Assembly (NCBI GenBank): GCA_963727445.1
Contig: CAVSGI010000015.1
Coordinates: forward strand, 64,001-128,000
DNA length: 64,000 nucleotides
Source: an uncultured delta proteobacterium
GTDB taxonomy: Bacteria; Myxococcota_A; Polyangia; Polyangiales; B10-G4
Direction of reading: 5' to 3'
Positions 27,879 through 39,857 of this stretch are shown here, one piece after another. Under the pieces are notes generated by a model. That model had not been told where the DNA came from. It did no database searches and worked only from the letters and a program-made list of their open reading frames with translations. Both the position numbers and the translations under genes were made by a program. Positions within the stretch are counted from its first letter, which is position 1. Each line of letters begins with the position of its first letter.

Positions 27879-30800
27879 TCAGCGACAACGACGCACAAAC
27901 CGCTGTACTTCTCTAGCGTCCAGGCCCCGAGGAGCGGCAGCGAGATAACGACGAGCGAGGTTGCAGTTGTCCTCGCTCGTCGTTCCGCGTTCGAGGATCA
28001 ACAGGCCCATCGCCTCCACCGAGGGCGGTGAGCCCTCGACGGCCCGCTGGAGCTCATCGGGCGCGGTTCCGTTGTTCTCCATTCGGATGGACGCCATGAG
28101 CAGATGGGCGGTGGAGCAGGCGCGATCCAGACGGATCGCCTCGGTCGCCCGTGCCCGCGCGTCATCGAAGCGACCGAGCTCGAAGAGCACCCGCCCTTCG
28201 GCGGCCTTGACGCGCGCCTTGTAAGAATCGTCCAGCTCGCGCTCGCGCACCGCGGCCTCCGCCTGGTTGATGAAGCGGCTGGCGCGGTCGGTGGAGCCTG
28301 CACGGGTGCGCACCAGCGCCATACCCAACAGCGCGTCGGGGTTCGACTCGTCGATCTCGAGCGCCTTGTCGAAGGCTCGCTCGGCGAGGCTGTTGGAGAC
28401 CGCCTGCAGGGCCGCCTGCCCGAGCGCAATCCACAGGCCGGCGTCGTTCGGGCTCTCGCGCACCATCGGCTGGATGATCTCGACGGCCTCTTGACCCTTG
28501 CCTTCGAGGACCATCAAACGCGCCTTGGCGCGGTCGAGGAAGGGGCCTTCGCCCCCCGCCTCCTCAGCGGCGGTGATCGCCGTGCGCGCCTCTTCGAGGC
28601 TCGCTCCCTCGGAGATGGCGATGTACGCGAGGCCGGCGAGCGCGCGTCCGTCGTCTCCACCGGCGAGCTCCTGCACCCGCTCGAACGCCGTGCGCGCGGT
28701 CTCCACGTCCCCGGCGCGGAGGGCCGCTTCGCCCAGGGTGCGCTGGAGCTCGGCGTCGTCGGGGCGCTGCTCGATCACTTCCCGGAGCGTCGCCACCGCC
28801 GCCTCGGTGTCGCCGCGAGCGATCTCCACCTGAGAGCGCGAGACGAGGAGCTCCACCGGTGGCGCCGACACGCCGTCCCGTTGCAGCAGCCCGAACGCCC
28901 GACTGAGCGCCTCCTGCGCCTCGTCGCTCCGGTCGAGCGCCAGGAGCGACTCCACCAGGGGCGGGATCACCTCCACGTTCGACGGGTGCTGTTCAGCCAT
29001 CGGCCGCAAGAGCTCGACCGCCTCCGCGTGATTGCCTTCGTGCGCCGCGATGGCCCCGAGGCGCGCAGAAGCCAGGGGTGTGAGCGCCGTGTCGAGACCC
29101 ATCGCCGTGCGGTAGTGGCTCGCCGCCTGATCGAGCATGTTCTTGGCCTCTGCGACGCGACCGCGCATGAGCTCGGCCTGGGCGCCGTCGCCGGCATCGG
29201 CCAGCGCGGCTTCGGCCGCTGGAATGTCGCCGCGACCGAGCGCGACCGCCGCGACCAGACGCGCGCGGCGCGACGGCGAGACCGAGGTCTGAGGCAGTGA
29301 GTCGAGGGTCAACGCCGCGTCACCGTAGGCGCCTGCCTTGACCATCACGTCCGCCAGATCGAGGGCGAAGGCCTCGTCTCCCGGGGGGCGGATGTCGAGG
29401 GCGGCGCGGCCCTCGGTCACGGCCGTCCGCTGATCGCCGCGGGTGGTCGCGTGCCAGGCGCGGATCAGATGCGCCCACGCCTTCTGAGGGGAAGTCGCTG
29501 TGTCGCCGAGCACGTCGAGGACCTCGGTCGCTTCGCTGGCGGCGAGGTCGGGATCGCTGTTCGCGATCTTCACGATGCGGGCCCGCGCGATGCGCGCGAG
29601 GGCGCTCTCCCCGGCGTCGGGGAGCCGGAGCAGCAGGCCGAGCGCCGCCTGAACGTCGTCTGTGCGCGCGGTGAGGATGGCGTTTTCGGCCACGTAGCGA
29701 GAGGAAGTGGGGCGGGCCTGCCGTGCCTCTTCCGACGCCGCGAAGGCGCGCGCGTACTCACCGCCCGCGGCGAGGGCGAGCGCGCGCGCGTAGGCCAGCT
29801 CCGCCGCCGCGGCTCCAGGCTCCGCTGGCTGGGCGGCCACCGCGGCCTTCGCGCGCTCGACGTCGCCTTCGGCGAGCGAGAGATAGGCGGTCGCGATGAT
29901 CGCGTCGACCTGGGCCTGGCCCTCTTCGTCGAGCTCGGACAGGAGCGTCGTCGCGGCTTCGGCGCGATCCAGCTCGGCGTGCTCGAGGACCAGCATCGCG
30001 TCGAGGCGCGCGCGCAGGGCGATGTCCTCGGGGTCGTCGTCGTCGTGAGCCTCGGCGAGCGCCACCGCCTGGTCGAGGCTCTGACGCGTCCCGTCGTCCT
30101 CGGCGACGGTGACCGCGGCCATGATCTCTTCCTCCGCCGACGACTCGAGGTAGTAGCTGACGCCGAAGGCCACCCCGGTGACGATCACGACGACGAAGAC
30201 GGCGATGCCGAGCAGGATCGGGAGCGTGGACGGCTTGCCACTCTTGCTACCCTTCTTCTTCGGGACGACCCGCTCCGTCGCGCGCGGCGGCGGTGCCTGG
30301 GAAGGAGGTGGGCCGGGCGGGGCGAGCGGCGTCTGCAGCGGGCCGTCGTGGGGTTGGTAGGTGTAGTCCACCGGGGCATAGGCGGGCGGTGGAGCGGAGC
30401 GCGGGCGCGCCGTGGTCTTTTCGTCCGGCAGATCGGTGACCGCCTGATGGGCCGCGGTCTCTTGATAGTCGAGGGGGTCCTCCGGCTGGTCCAAGAGGCT
30501 CGCGGGCGGGCCGCCGCGCGACCCGACGGCAAAGGTGGGGATGTCGTCGTCGAAGTCGTCCGGTGGCGGCTGGGAGGGAGGCGGCGCGAGAAAGGGGTTC
30601 GGGCGCATGGGCGGGCGAACCTCGGAGACCTCGGAGAGGCTGAGCTCGTCGGTGCCGGTGATCACCGCGTCGTCGAAGTCGTTGCGGTGGTCCTGCTTCG
30701 CGTGCGGCCGATGCGCAGCCGTGCTCTCGTCGACGGGGAAGGTCGGTGGGCGCGGGGGCGGCGGCATGCTCGAGGGCGCCGGGCGCGGCGGCGCGCGGCG

Positions 30801-31491
30801 AGGCGCGCCGGCCATGCCGACCGCGGGCGCGGCTGCGCGCGGGGGCGGGGGGAACGAGCTCGGGCGGCGCACGCCCGGGGGCGGCGGGGGCGCCGAGGGA
30901 GGAGGCGCGACCGGAGGGGGTGCGAGAATCGCCGCCGGGTCTGGGCGGCGGCGGGGGCGGAGCGGACGAGGCCGGCCGGCCCAGGGCGGCGTCGCGGTCG
31001 CGACGCAGCTTTTCGATGTCGAAGCCCGGCAGGGATTCGGTTGGGTCCTCGACCCACTCGGGCGAGTCGGTCTGGAGCGTGGCGACCGCTTCGGCTTCGA
31101 ACCACCGATCAATCGTCTCCGACACGACCGGCTCCTCCTCCGCCACCTCCGACAGGAGCTCGCGGGCCTCCTCGTCACTCGGGTCGAGCTCGAGGGCGTG
31201 ACGAAAGCTGTCCCGTGCCTTGTCGACCTGACCATCGCGGAGATGCGCTTCGCCGAGGAGCCGATGGGCGACGGGCTCCTCGGGCGCCGCGCGAAGCACG
31301 GCCATCATCTCGGCGCGCACCTCGTCGTGGCGCTTGAGAGCGAGCAACGCCATCCCGAGGAGAATCCGCACCTCGGTCATCGCTGGCCGGGACAGAAGAA
31401 TTCTTCGGCAAGCGCGAACCGCCTCCTGATAGCGGCGCTCGGCGATCAACTGCTTGGCGCGGGCGGTCAGATCCTCGATCGAGGTGCCCAT
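27879..31491 (-). CDS. Large TPR protein: N-terminal TPRs, Pro-rich linker, TM, C-terminal TPRs (one frameshift near 30930)
   Basis: ORF 30247..31503 gives the N-terminal TPRs and ORF 27879..31235 gives the linker, TM and TPR array. They join in a G/C-run region. Confidence 0.85.
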
Positions 31492-31577
31492 CGGGTGCGC
31501 CAAGGGTAGTCGGTGGCCCCTCCCAAAGAAAGGATTTGAAGACGTCGCAGCGCAGGGATCGCCTCAAATGCGAAAAC

Positions 31578-33750
31578 TCAAGGGCCTTGGTTCGGCCTCC
31601 GGGGGAGGGCATCGAGCTTTCGCTCCAGCTTCTGGAGCTCCGGGGTCGGCAGAGGGGCCGCGCCCCAGCGGCTCTGCTCGTAGCGCTGGGTGATTTCCGT
31701 GACAATCACGGCCCCCGGGTAGCCCTCTTCCTCGAGAGCCCGGGCGTGCTCGCGGGGGGTCCGCCCCGCGGGTCGCGCGTGGCCCTGCCTGGCGAGGATA
31801 CGCTCGAGCCGGCGGTAGAGCCGTATGGCGGTCCGCGCATCCGCGCTCACCTGCTGCCCTTCCTCCCGGCGCCGGCGGCGCCTCCGTCGGACGGCCCACA
31901 GGCCGGCGCCGAGGACGAGGAGCAGAAGCGCGGCGGCGAGCAAGGGGGAGGCGCGGCCCAAGAGGCCGGGCCCGCTCCGTTCTGCCCCACCGGTCTCGTC
32001 ACTGCCCCCCATCTCGCGAAACTGGTTCCGGATCCGCCACGACCACCTGAAGAAGCGACGCAGCCCCTCGACCTGGGCACGCAGATCGTAACCCACCACG
32101 TCCCGATTCCAGCGCGTGCGAAGCGCGTCCATCATCGCGCGAAGGTCGGCGAAAACCCCGTCGTCGCGGGCGACCTCGCCGCGCGCCGGCGGCGTCGGAT
32201 CGAAGGTGACCCAACGTCCTTCGACGTATCCCTCGACCCAGCTGTGGGCGTCCCCATGACGCACGGCGTAGTAGTCGCCGTAGGGGTTGTAGATGGCGCC
32301 CGCGAACCCGGTGACGTTGCGACTCGGGATGCCGAGGGTTCGGAGCATCACCGCCATCGCCGTCGAGTAGTACTCGCAGTGGCCGTAATGCGCGTCGAAG
32401 AGGAAGACTTCGAGTGGGTCCTGGTTGGGCTCGACGGGGGGCATCTCGAGCGAGTAGGTGAGCTCGCCCGAGTCCCGGAGGTAACTCAGGAGCGCATCCG
32501 CGCGCTCCTCGTCCGTCTCGACGTCGGCGGTGAGCCGGCGGGCGAGGGCGGCGACGCGATCGACGCCGTTCGGGAGCTCGAGATAGCGCTGTCGGTCTTC
32601 GGGCTCGAGGGTGTCGAGGAGCTCCTCGCGTGGGTTGGTCGAGACGTAGGCGGTGTAGCGCAGCCCGAGCCCGTCGTCGTCCGCGTAGCGAACGTCGAGG
32701 CCGAGGGAGCGCTCGACGCGGCGGGCGCGAGGCTGTGCGCGCACGACCTGCTCGGGGATGGTCGAGCCCGACGGTCTTGGGAGGCAGGAAGATCACCGGC
32801 TCGTCGAGGTGGTCCAGAATGACCTGCACCTCGAGGTCTTCGAGACGCCGCTCTCGACGCAGCGGGTAGTAGTCCCCTTCGGCGCGCACCTGATGTGCGT
32901 GGGCGTCGCTCCGCGTCCAGCGCCGTCCGTCGTAGCGATCGAAGGAAGTGCCGCGCATGCGCATGGCGACGTAGGGCGGGCGCGAGGCTCCCCCCACCGA
33001 GGGAAGCTTCAGTCGCATCACGACCTCGGGGTTGTCGCGGATCACGCCGAAGTCGCCCAGCTCGACGTTGCGACCGAAGCCCGCGGTGTGCTGGCCGCCG
33101 CGGCTGTCGAAGGAGAGGAAGCCGAGGCCGACGCGCGGGAACATCAAGAAGAGCGCCACCGTGACGAGGAAGATCGGCAGCGTCAGCGCGGCGGTCCCCG
33201 CGAGGAAGCCCGCGCCCACGATGCGTCGCGAGGAGAGCACCCTGGCCACGTCGGGACCGCGTCGCGTCCCCGCCTTCTCGTAGTTGCCTTCGATCTCCTG
33301 CCTCAGCTGAGTGAGCACCAGCATCCACGGCGTGGCGATGACGAAGCCGACGAAGACGAAGCCGTAGGCGAGGTCGGTGGAGAGCACCGTCGCGGCGATC
33401 AGGTGCAAGAAGGCGAGGACCGCGATCTGCTGGTGGTCGCGCGCGCCCCGTCGGTTGAAGAGCCGCGAGATCTGGAGGAAGCCCGCGAACTCCAGACCGA
33501 GGGCGAGGAAGGGCTCGCCGAGGATCCCGCGTCCGATCTCGATCACCAGGAACACGACCAGGGCGACGTTCCAACCCTGGATCCAGCGCTTGTCGGAGAG
33601 CCGCGCGCCCTCGACGAAGAAGCTCACGGCCCAGGCGACGAAGAACGCTCCCGAAGGCCCCGGGCCGAGCTCGCCCCCGAGGGAGAGCGCGTAGAGACCG
33701 AGGCCGCTGATCAGATAGGTGACCAGCTTGTGCAGGAGCGAAAAGCTCAC
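31578..33750 (-). CDS. Membrane transglutaminase-like protein (TgpA/DUF3488 type; frameshift near 32760)
   Basis: N-terminal multi-TM region. Cys-His-Asp triad in GHCEYYSTAMAVMLRTLGIPSRNVTGF and AHSWVE..WVTFDPT. Confidence 0.92.
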
Positions 33751-34826
33751 GCCTTCTCTCCTTCGGGCGTCGCCCTGGGCACGACGTCGATGTAGATCGC
33801 GCCTTGCCCAGCCACGGGCGGGCTCGCCTCCGGGTCGGCGACCTCGAGTCGCGCCAGAAAGCGCCAGATGGGATCGGGCGCCGCGCCCGGGGCCAAGAGA
33901 GGCGAACGCGTGTCCCGTGCGACGACCTCGACGCTCGCGCCCCTCGCCGCCGCCTCCGCCGTGAGCGTGGCGATGCGGCTGATGGCGTGCTCGAAGCCGG
34001 CGGCCCAGCCCTCCTCTTCCACCCCCTCTGGGCGAAGATTGTCGAGGACGAAGACGACGCGCGACGACGCGTCTCGCTGTCGCTCCTTGACCACCAGGGT
34101 CCCGAGCGCTGCGCTTCGCCGCCAGTGGATCGCGCGCGCCTCGTCGCCAGCCACGTACTCGCGCAGCCCGGCGACCTCGATGCCCCGGCCGATGAAGGGA
34201 TCGGGGTGGTCGGTACCGGTGAAGCGACCGCGCAGGATCGCCGGATCGACGTCGATGAGCTCGGGATAGACGAGGAGCTCGCCCTCGCCCACGTGCACGT
34301 AGGCCTTCTCGACCAGACCGAAGGGATAGCGGGTGCCGATGCGGTAACCAATCAGCGCGAGCGCGCCCCGCTTCGACGGCACGCGCTGGTAGGCGGCGAC
34401 CTGCTCGCCTTCGGGAGAGACCTTGAGGAAGTAGCACCGCCGCTCGGTGGGCTCGTCTTTGGCGCGGTCCTCCACCTCGAGGGAGTAGCTGGGGAGGAAG
34501 CGCTTTTCGTTGCGGAGGACGAGCTCGACCAGCGATGGGGTGCGGGCGAAGGCGCGCGCCGGCAGGCGGCGCTCGACGAAGACCTTCCGGAGCGCGATCT
34601 CGCTCAGCACCATGCTCAACAAGAGCAGGCTGAGCATCAGACCGAGCATGAGGTAGAGGAGGTTGTTGCCGGTGTTCACCGCGGCGAATCCGACGCCGAC
34701 GGTGACGAAGACGAAGACCTTGCCCTCGCGGGTGAGGCGCGCCCGGCGCTGCGGGCGGCGGCGGCTCTTCTCTCGCTGCACCGCGATCGCACGGCCGAGC
34801 TTCGAGATCGCCGACGCCACGATCAC
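33747..34826 (-). CDS. DUF58 domain protein
   Basis: AAVNTGNNLLYL, TRYPFGL and LREYVAGDEARAIHWRRSA. Confidence 0.92.
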   Translation of the reverse strand: MIVASAISKLGRAIAVQREKSRRRPQRRARLTREGKVFVFVTVGVGFAAVNTGNNLLYLMLGLMLSLLLLSMVLSEIALRKVFVERRLPARAFARTPSLVELVLRNEKRFLPSYSLEVEDRAKDEPTERRCYFLKVSPEGEQVAAYQRVPSKRGALALIGYRIGTRYPFGLVEKAYVHVGEGELLVYPELIDVDPAILRGRFTGTDHPDPFIGRGIEVAGLREYVAGDEARAIHWRRSAALGTLVVKERQRDASSRVVFVLDNLRPEGVEEEGWAAGFEHAISRIATLTAEAAARGASVEVVARDTRSPLLAPGAAPDPIWRFLARLEVADPEASPPVAGQGAIYIDVVPRATPEGEKA

Positions 34827-35794
34827 ACGGGCACGGCCAGGGAGCTCACCAGATCACGCACCACGCGCTCGGCGTCGGAGCGGCGTCCTGCGCCGTCCTG
34901 ATGGCCGGCGACGCGCACGCGGTGGCTCAGCACCGGCACCGCCAGGGCCTTCACGTCGTCGGGCGTGGCGTAGGTGCGGCCGAGGACCAGCGCATGGGCC
35001 CGCACCGCGCGGTCGAGCGCCAGCGCCGCGCGGGTGGACGCACCGAGCGAGAGCATCGGCGTGTCGCGCGTGGCCACTACGACCGAGTGCAGATAGTCGA
35101 GCACCGGCGCCTCGACGCGGACGCGGTCCACCGCTTCCTGCGCCGCGAGCAGGCCAGCCTCGTCGACCACGGACTCGAGCGAGTCGGTCGGCTCGGCGCC
35201 GCGGCGCGCGCCGAGGACCTTCCGCTCGACGTCCGCCGGTGGATAGCCGATGGCGATGCGCATCAAGAAGCGATCGAGCTGCGACTCGGGCAGCGGATAG
35301 GTGCCGTAGAACTCGTCCGGGTTCTGAGTGGCGACGACGAAGAAGGGCTCGTCGAGGGCGCGGGTCACGCCGTCGATGGAGACCTGCCTCTCGTCCATCG
35401 CTTCGAGGAGCGCGCTCTGGGTCTTGGGCGTGGTGCGGTTGATCTCGTCCGCGAGGAGCACGTTGGTGAAGACGGGACCCGGCCGGAAAGAGAAGTCACC
35501 CGCCTTCTGATCGTAGATGGACCCGCCCACGACGTCGGCCGGCATCAGGTCGCTGGTGAACTGGATGCGGCGGAACTGAACCCCGATGGAGCGCGCGAGC
35601 GCCCGCGCGAGGGTGGTCTTTCCGACACCCGGTACGTCCTCGATGAGGAGATGACCGCGCGCGAAGAGGGTCGTCACCGCGAGCTCGACCACGTCGCGCT
35701 TTCCTTCGAGCGCTTTTCCGACGTTGTCGACTATGCGGGCCGCGACACCCGCAGCGCCCTCGTCGATGGAGGTGACCGCCTGCAACACGCGCAC
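34823..35794 (-). CDS. MoxR family AAA+ ATPase (start uncertain, 35785-35794)
   Basis: GHLLIEDVPGVGKT, RIQFTSDLMPAD, LADEINR, ATQNP..GTYPLPESQLDRF. Confidence 0.95.
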   Translation of the reverse strand: MRVLQAVTSIDEGAAGVAARIVDNVGKALEGKRDVVELAVTTLFARGHLLIEDVPGVGKTTLARALARSIGVQFRRIQFTSDLMPADVVGGSIYDQKAGDFSFRPGPVFTNVLLADEINRTTPKTQSALLEAMDERQVSIDGVTRALDEPFFVVATQNPDEFYGTYPLPESQLDRFLMRIAIGYPPADVERKVLGARRGAEPTDSLESVVDEAGLLAAQEAVDRVRVEAPVLDYLHSVVVATRDTPMLSLGASTRAALALDRAVRAHALVLGRTYATPDDVKALAVPVLSHRVRVAGHQDGAGRRSDAERVVRDLVSSLAVPV

Positions 35795-35825
35795 TGTAAC
35801 ACGCGGGCGCAGGTGGAGTATTCCG

Positions 35826-37400
35826 TCACTGCGTTTCCCCGCTCGCCGGGATGGTGACGTGGAAGGTCGTGCCCTCGGCGGAGGGGTCGTAGTGGATGTC
35901 GCCGCCATGGGCCCGTACCAGGGAGCGGGCGAGGGAGAGCGACAGGCCCATGCCGCCGATCCGACGGCCGGAGGCGGAGGTCATGGCGCGGAAAGCCTGG
36001 AAGACGCGCTCGCGATCCTCGTCGAGGAAGGCGGTCCCAGTGTCGGTGATCGACACGCGGACGTCTCCGTCCTCCACCTTCGCGGAGAGACGGATCGCGC
36101 CTCCCTCCATCACCATCGTGGCGTGGCGAAAGATGCAGAGGATCGCCTGCACGATGCGGTGGCTGTCCACGTAGACCGGCGGCAAGCCCGGCTCGAGCGT
36201 CTCCTCGATGGTGAAGCCCTTTCCAGTGCCGGTGCGGATCTGAACGATCTCGCGGCCCTTCTGGATCGCGTCGGTGAGCAGCTCGACGGTGGGCGTCCAC
36301 GCGCGCCGGAGCGGCAGGCGCAAAGCTTCGAGTCGCGCCGAATCGATGATGTCGTTGAGCAGCTCGAGGAGCTCCGAGCCGCTCCGTTGGATCACCGAGA
36401 CGCTCTCGCGCTGGCCGTCCGTCAGCTCTCCGCCGATGCCGGAGATCAGCAGCTCGGAAAATCCCATGATCGAATTGAGCGGGCTGCGCAGGTCGTGGCT
36501 CATGGACGCCATGAAGATCGTCTTGTTGCGCTGCGTCTCCTCGATCGACGACTTGGTGCGCTTCTCGGCGTCGGCGATGCGTCGGATCGACGTCGACGCT
36601 CGCTGGATGGCATCCGAGAGCGCGACGATCAGCGGATCGGCGCCCGGAGCCGCCCAGCTCTTCACGTCGACCAAGCGGCCCTGCTCGGCGGACTCCGCGA
36701 CGCTCGCGTGCAAGCGGGACAGATCCGCCGAGAGCCGTCGCGCGAGTCGCGCCGCGATCGACCCGGCGACCACCGCTACGCCCAGCGTGACCGAGCCACC
36801 GAGCGCGAGCGCGGCGACGCTGGCCTCGGCCGAATGGGCGCCCAGAGAGATGCCGATGAGGCCGACGCCGAGCACCGCGGAGGCCGTGGCCCAGGCGATG
36901 CGGCGCGCGTGCGCGCGGCTCTCGACCACGGCGAGCTCGCTTGGTGGAAAGGCGACGATCCAGGGACGCAGGGCCCGCCGAACACCGAGCCCATAGGCCG
37001 GCGCCAGAACGAGGGCGCTCCCCAGGACGGGGGTGAGCACCATGGCCGGATTCATCGCGCCGTGATAGCCGAGCACGCCGATCGCCCCCGCCAGCGCTTC
37101 GAGGGCCATGAAGACCTCGAGCGCACGATCGGGAGCGCGCGTGGCGTCGCTCAAGGCCGAGCGTGAAGGTGGCGGCGCGTCGCCCCCCGCGGCTGCGCGC
37201 CGAGCGCTCCTGTAGAGCGACGCGGTGCGCACGACGATGAACGCGCCGAAGACGGCGGTCACCGCGAGGGTGGGGATGGCGAAGACCACCGAGCTCGGAC
37301 GGATCGGCAGGAGGATGAGCGCTTGCAGGATCGTCACCCCGCTGCCCCAGATGGAGAGCTCGGTGAAGACGCGCGCCGGCGAGGGAAGCTGCGCGCTCAT
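35826..37400 (-). CDS. Membrane sensor histidine kinase
   Basis: Several TMs, H-box MSHDLRSPLNSIMGFS, DTG and GMGLSL boxes. Confidence 0.92.
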   Translation of the reverse strand: MSAQLPSPARVFTELSIWGSGVTILQALILLPIRPSSVVFAIPTLAVTAVFGAFIVVRTASLYRSARRAAAGGDAPPPSRSALSDATRAPDRALEVFMALEALAGAIGVLGYHGAMNPAMVLTPVLGSALVLAPAYGLGVRRALRPWIVAFPPSELAVVESRAHARRIAWATASAVLGVGLIGISLGAHSAEASVAALALGGSVTLGVAVVAGSIAARLARRLSADLSRLHASVAESAEQGRLVDVKSWAAPGADPLIVALSDAIQRASTSIRRIADAEKRTKSSIEETQRNKTIFMASMSHDLRSPLNSIMGFSELLISGIGGELTDGQRESVSVIQRSGSELLELLNDIIDSARLEALRLPLRRAWTPTVELLTDAIQKGREIVQIRTGTGKGFTIEETLEPGLPPVYVDSHRIVQAILCIFRHATMVMEGGAIRLSAKVEDGDVRVSITDTGTAFLDEDRERVFQAFRAMTSASGRRIGGMGLSLSLARSLVRAHGGDIHYDPSAEGTTFHVTIPASGETQ

Positions 37401-38467
37401 TCGTTCTCCTCCGCAGGGAGCCAGACGTGGAAGGAGGAGCCCTCGCCCGTGACGCTGTCGAGCCAGATGCGACCGCCGTGGAGCTCGGTCAATCGCTTCA
37501 CGATCGCGAGCCCGAGACCGCTTCCCTGCGTCCGGCGCAGGATGCTTCCCGACACCTGCGTGAACTCGTGGAAGATCGAGTCGCGGTCGCCGGGTGGGAT
37601 CCCGGGACCCGTGTCGTGCACCGTGAGGCGCACGCCTCCGTCCTCCGCCACCGCCTCGAGCTTCACCTCCCCGGATTCGGTGAACTTGAGGGCGTTGGTG
37701 CCGAGATTCATCAGGATCTGACGCACGCGTTTCTCATCCGCGAGGACGGGGGGCAGATCGTCCGCGACCTCGCGCGCGAGGGCGACGGGCTTGTCGCGCA
37801 ACTGGCCGCGCAAGAGGCGCTCGACCTCCGCGATCAGCTTGTCGACCTGCACCGGCCGGCGCGCCAGCTTCACGTGACCCGAGTGAAGGGCCGCCATGTC
37901 CAGGACGTCGTCGACCAACGCGGAGAGATGGGACCCCGAGGAGCGAATGGTCTCCACGTCTTCGCGCTGCGAGTCAGTGAGGGGGCCGTCGATCTCGTCG
38001 AGGAGGACCTGGGAGAAGCCGAGGATCGAGTTGAGAGGCGTACGCAACTCGTGACTCAGCTCCGTGAGGAACTCTGTCTCGCTCTCGTCTTCCTTCTGCG
38101 CCTCGAGTCGTGCGTCGCGATGTTGGCTGAGGACCGTGTCGAGGCCGGTCAGGAGTCGTTCGATCTCGACCGCGATCATGGCGAGGCGTGGATCGGCGAC
38201 GCGGAGTGCCGGGACTCGCTCCTGCGCACCGGGCGTTGGTTCGCCCTCGCGGCGAAGAGCGCGGGTCAGCTCCGAGAGCTCGCTGCGCTTGGCGTCGGCC
38301 ACCGCGTGGATCACGAACCAGACGATCACGCTCGCGAGAGCGAGCACCGCGAGGGCGGGGACCGGAGACTCGGTGAACCCGAACGGCAGAAAGGACACCA
38401 GCGCCGCCGCGAGACCGAAACCGGTCGCGGCCGTCGCGATTCGTCCCGCTATCCCTCGCGCGTCCAT
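37397..38467 (-). CDS. Membrane sensor histidine kinase
   Basis: Two TMs, LSHELRTPLNSILGFS, NLGTNALKFT, DTGPGI and GSGLGL. Confidence 0.95.
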   Translation of the reverse strand: MDARGIAGRIATAATGFGLAAALVSFLPFGFTESPVPALAVLALASVIVWFVIHAVADAKRSELSELTRALRREGEPTPGAQERVPALRVADPRLAMIAVEIERLLTGLDTVLSQHRDARLEAQKEDESETEFLTELSHELRTPLNSILGFSQVLLDEIDGPLTDSQREDVETIRSSGSHLSALVDDVLDMAALHSGHVKLARRPVQVDKLIAEVERLLRGQLRDKPVALAREVADDLPPVLADEKRVRQILMNLGTNALKFTESGEVKLEAVAEDGGVRLTVHDTGPGIPPGDRDSIFHEFTQVSGSILRRTQGSGLGLAIVKRLTELHGGRIWLDSVTGEGSSFHVWLPAEENE

Positions 38468-38507
38468 GCTCGCTCTCGCCGAGAGCGGCTCAGACTATCA
38501 GGTCGGC

Positions 38508-38870
38508 TCAGACGTCGCGGGAACGAACGGCGCGACTGACCGCTTCGAGGAGCGGAAGCAAACCGCCCTCCGGAGCCACGTGCGCCGTGACCGCGTAGCG
38601 CCGGGGCGCGAGGTGGCGCAGGGAGGCGATCACGCCGGGCGCGCGGATGCTCGCGCGGTCGCGATTCCACTCGCACGCGGTCTCGACGTCGGCGCTTGGC
38701 GGAAGGTCCGTCGTGACCGAGCAGAGCACCGAGGACAAAACACGCGCGTGCCCTTCCTGGGAATGCGGTATTTCGAGCGCCTCGACGTCGGAGAGGAGCT
38801 CGAAAGCAATCCCATCGAAGACGACGCGTTCGCCGTGTTGCGAATCCCTGCGGACGGCCGAGGCGGTCAT
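38508..38870 (-). CDS. Hypothetical protein
   Basis: AGAGGG before ATG 38870. A sigma-54-like TTGGCCGCCCGCGTGCA lies at 38891-38907 on the minus strand. Confidence 0.55.
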   Translation of the reverse strand: MTASAVRRDSQHGERVVFDGIAFELLSDVEALEIPHSQEGHARVLSSVLCSVTTDLPPSADVETACEWNRDRASIRAPGVIASLRHLAPRRYAVTAHVAPEGGLLPLLEAVSRAVRSRDV

Positions 38871-39012
38871 GATCCCTCTTCCTGGCCAGTTGCACGCGGG
38901 CGGCCAAGCATTCGAAAAGACAAGGTGCCAATCGTAGCTCAGGTCGCTGGGACGCGCACGCCCAGCGAAATCCACCGTGATTGCGGGCCGCCGTGGCCCT
39001 GATCAAGTAGTG

Positions 39013-39804
39013 CTAGTTGCACGCGCCGTACTCGACTGCACCCACGACGGAGGGTGGTGTGAAGCTGTCACAGGATCCGGTGCAAGTGGCGGGGTCGCCG
39101 ACGCGACAGATGGGACGGCAGTGATCGGTGTTGCAGACGAGCGCCACCCCACAGTCGAGCGGGCCGACGCAGGGAGCGTCGATGCCGCCCGGCCCCGGTG
39201 GACTGCAGAGGTTCACCGAGACCACGTCGCCAGACGGCACTTCGTAGGCGAGCCCTAGACCGCACGATGTCGCCCCCGGGCACCCCGTCTGGTCTACGGG
39301 ATCACAGGTGGTCGAGCAGATCCCCGGCGGCGTCGACCACGACAGGCGCACGCATCGCGCGTCGGTCGGGCAGTCCGCGGCCGAATCGCAGAACGCGTGA
39401 CATACGCCGATGGATCCAAACGAGATGCAACCGGCACCGGGCACACATTCGTTGTCGCGTGTGCAGACCGCGCCCACGGGGACGGTGCCGGCGAGGACGC
39501 ACGCGCGTGGCGTCGAGGTGTTCCAGCCGCACATCTGACCGGTTGGGCAACCACATTGAGGGCTCACCAGCCGGCAGGGGGCTTCGCCGCACACGCCCGA
39601 GTCCGCCGCCGCGTCGGTGGTGCCGGCATCGGCATCGACTCCGGCGTCGGCCGATGTGTCGCCCGCGGCGTCCACGGGCGTCGTGTCGCCCGCGTCCACC
39701 GTTGCGTCCAGCGCTGCATCGGTGGACGAAGTGACCGCGTCATATGCGACGCGGCCACAACCGGTCACCAGGAGCGCGAGCGACAAGCCCCACACCGCAT
39801 GCAC
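39013..39804 (-). CDS. Cys-rich lipoprotein
   Basis: Lipobox VTGCGR, D/A-rich linker, CRLVSPQCGCP, ends YGACN. Confidence 0.82.
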   Translation of the reverse strand: MHAVWGLSLALLVTGCGRVAYDAVTSSTDAALDATVDAGDTTPVDAAGDTSADAGVDADAGTTDAAADSGVCGEAPCRLVSPQCGCPTGQMCGWNTSTPRACVLAGTVPVGAVCTRDNECVPGAGCISFGSIGVCHAFCDSAADCPTDARCVRLSWSTPPGICSTTCDPVDQTGCPGATSCGLGLAYEVPSGDVVSVNLCSPPGPGGIDAPCVGPLDCGVALVCNTDHCRPICRVGDPATCTGSCDSFTPPSVVGAVEYGACN

Positions 39805-39857
39805 GCTCCCATCGTAGCAGCGTGTGGGGTGCGTAGCTGGGGGGTAGACTCGGCGCG

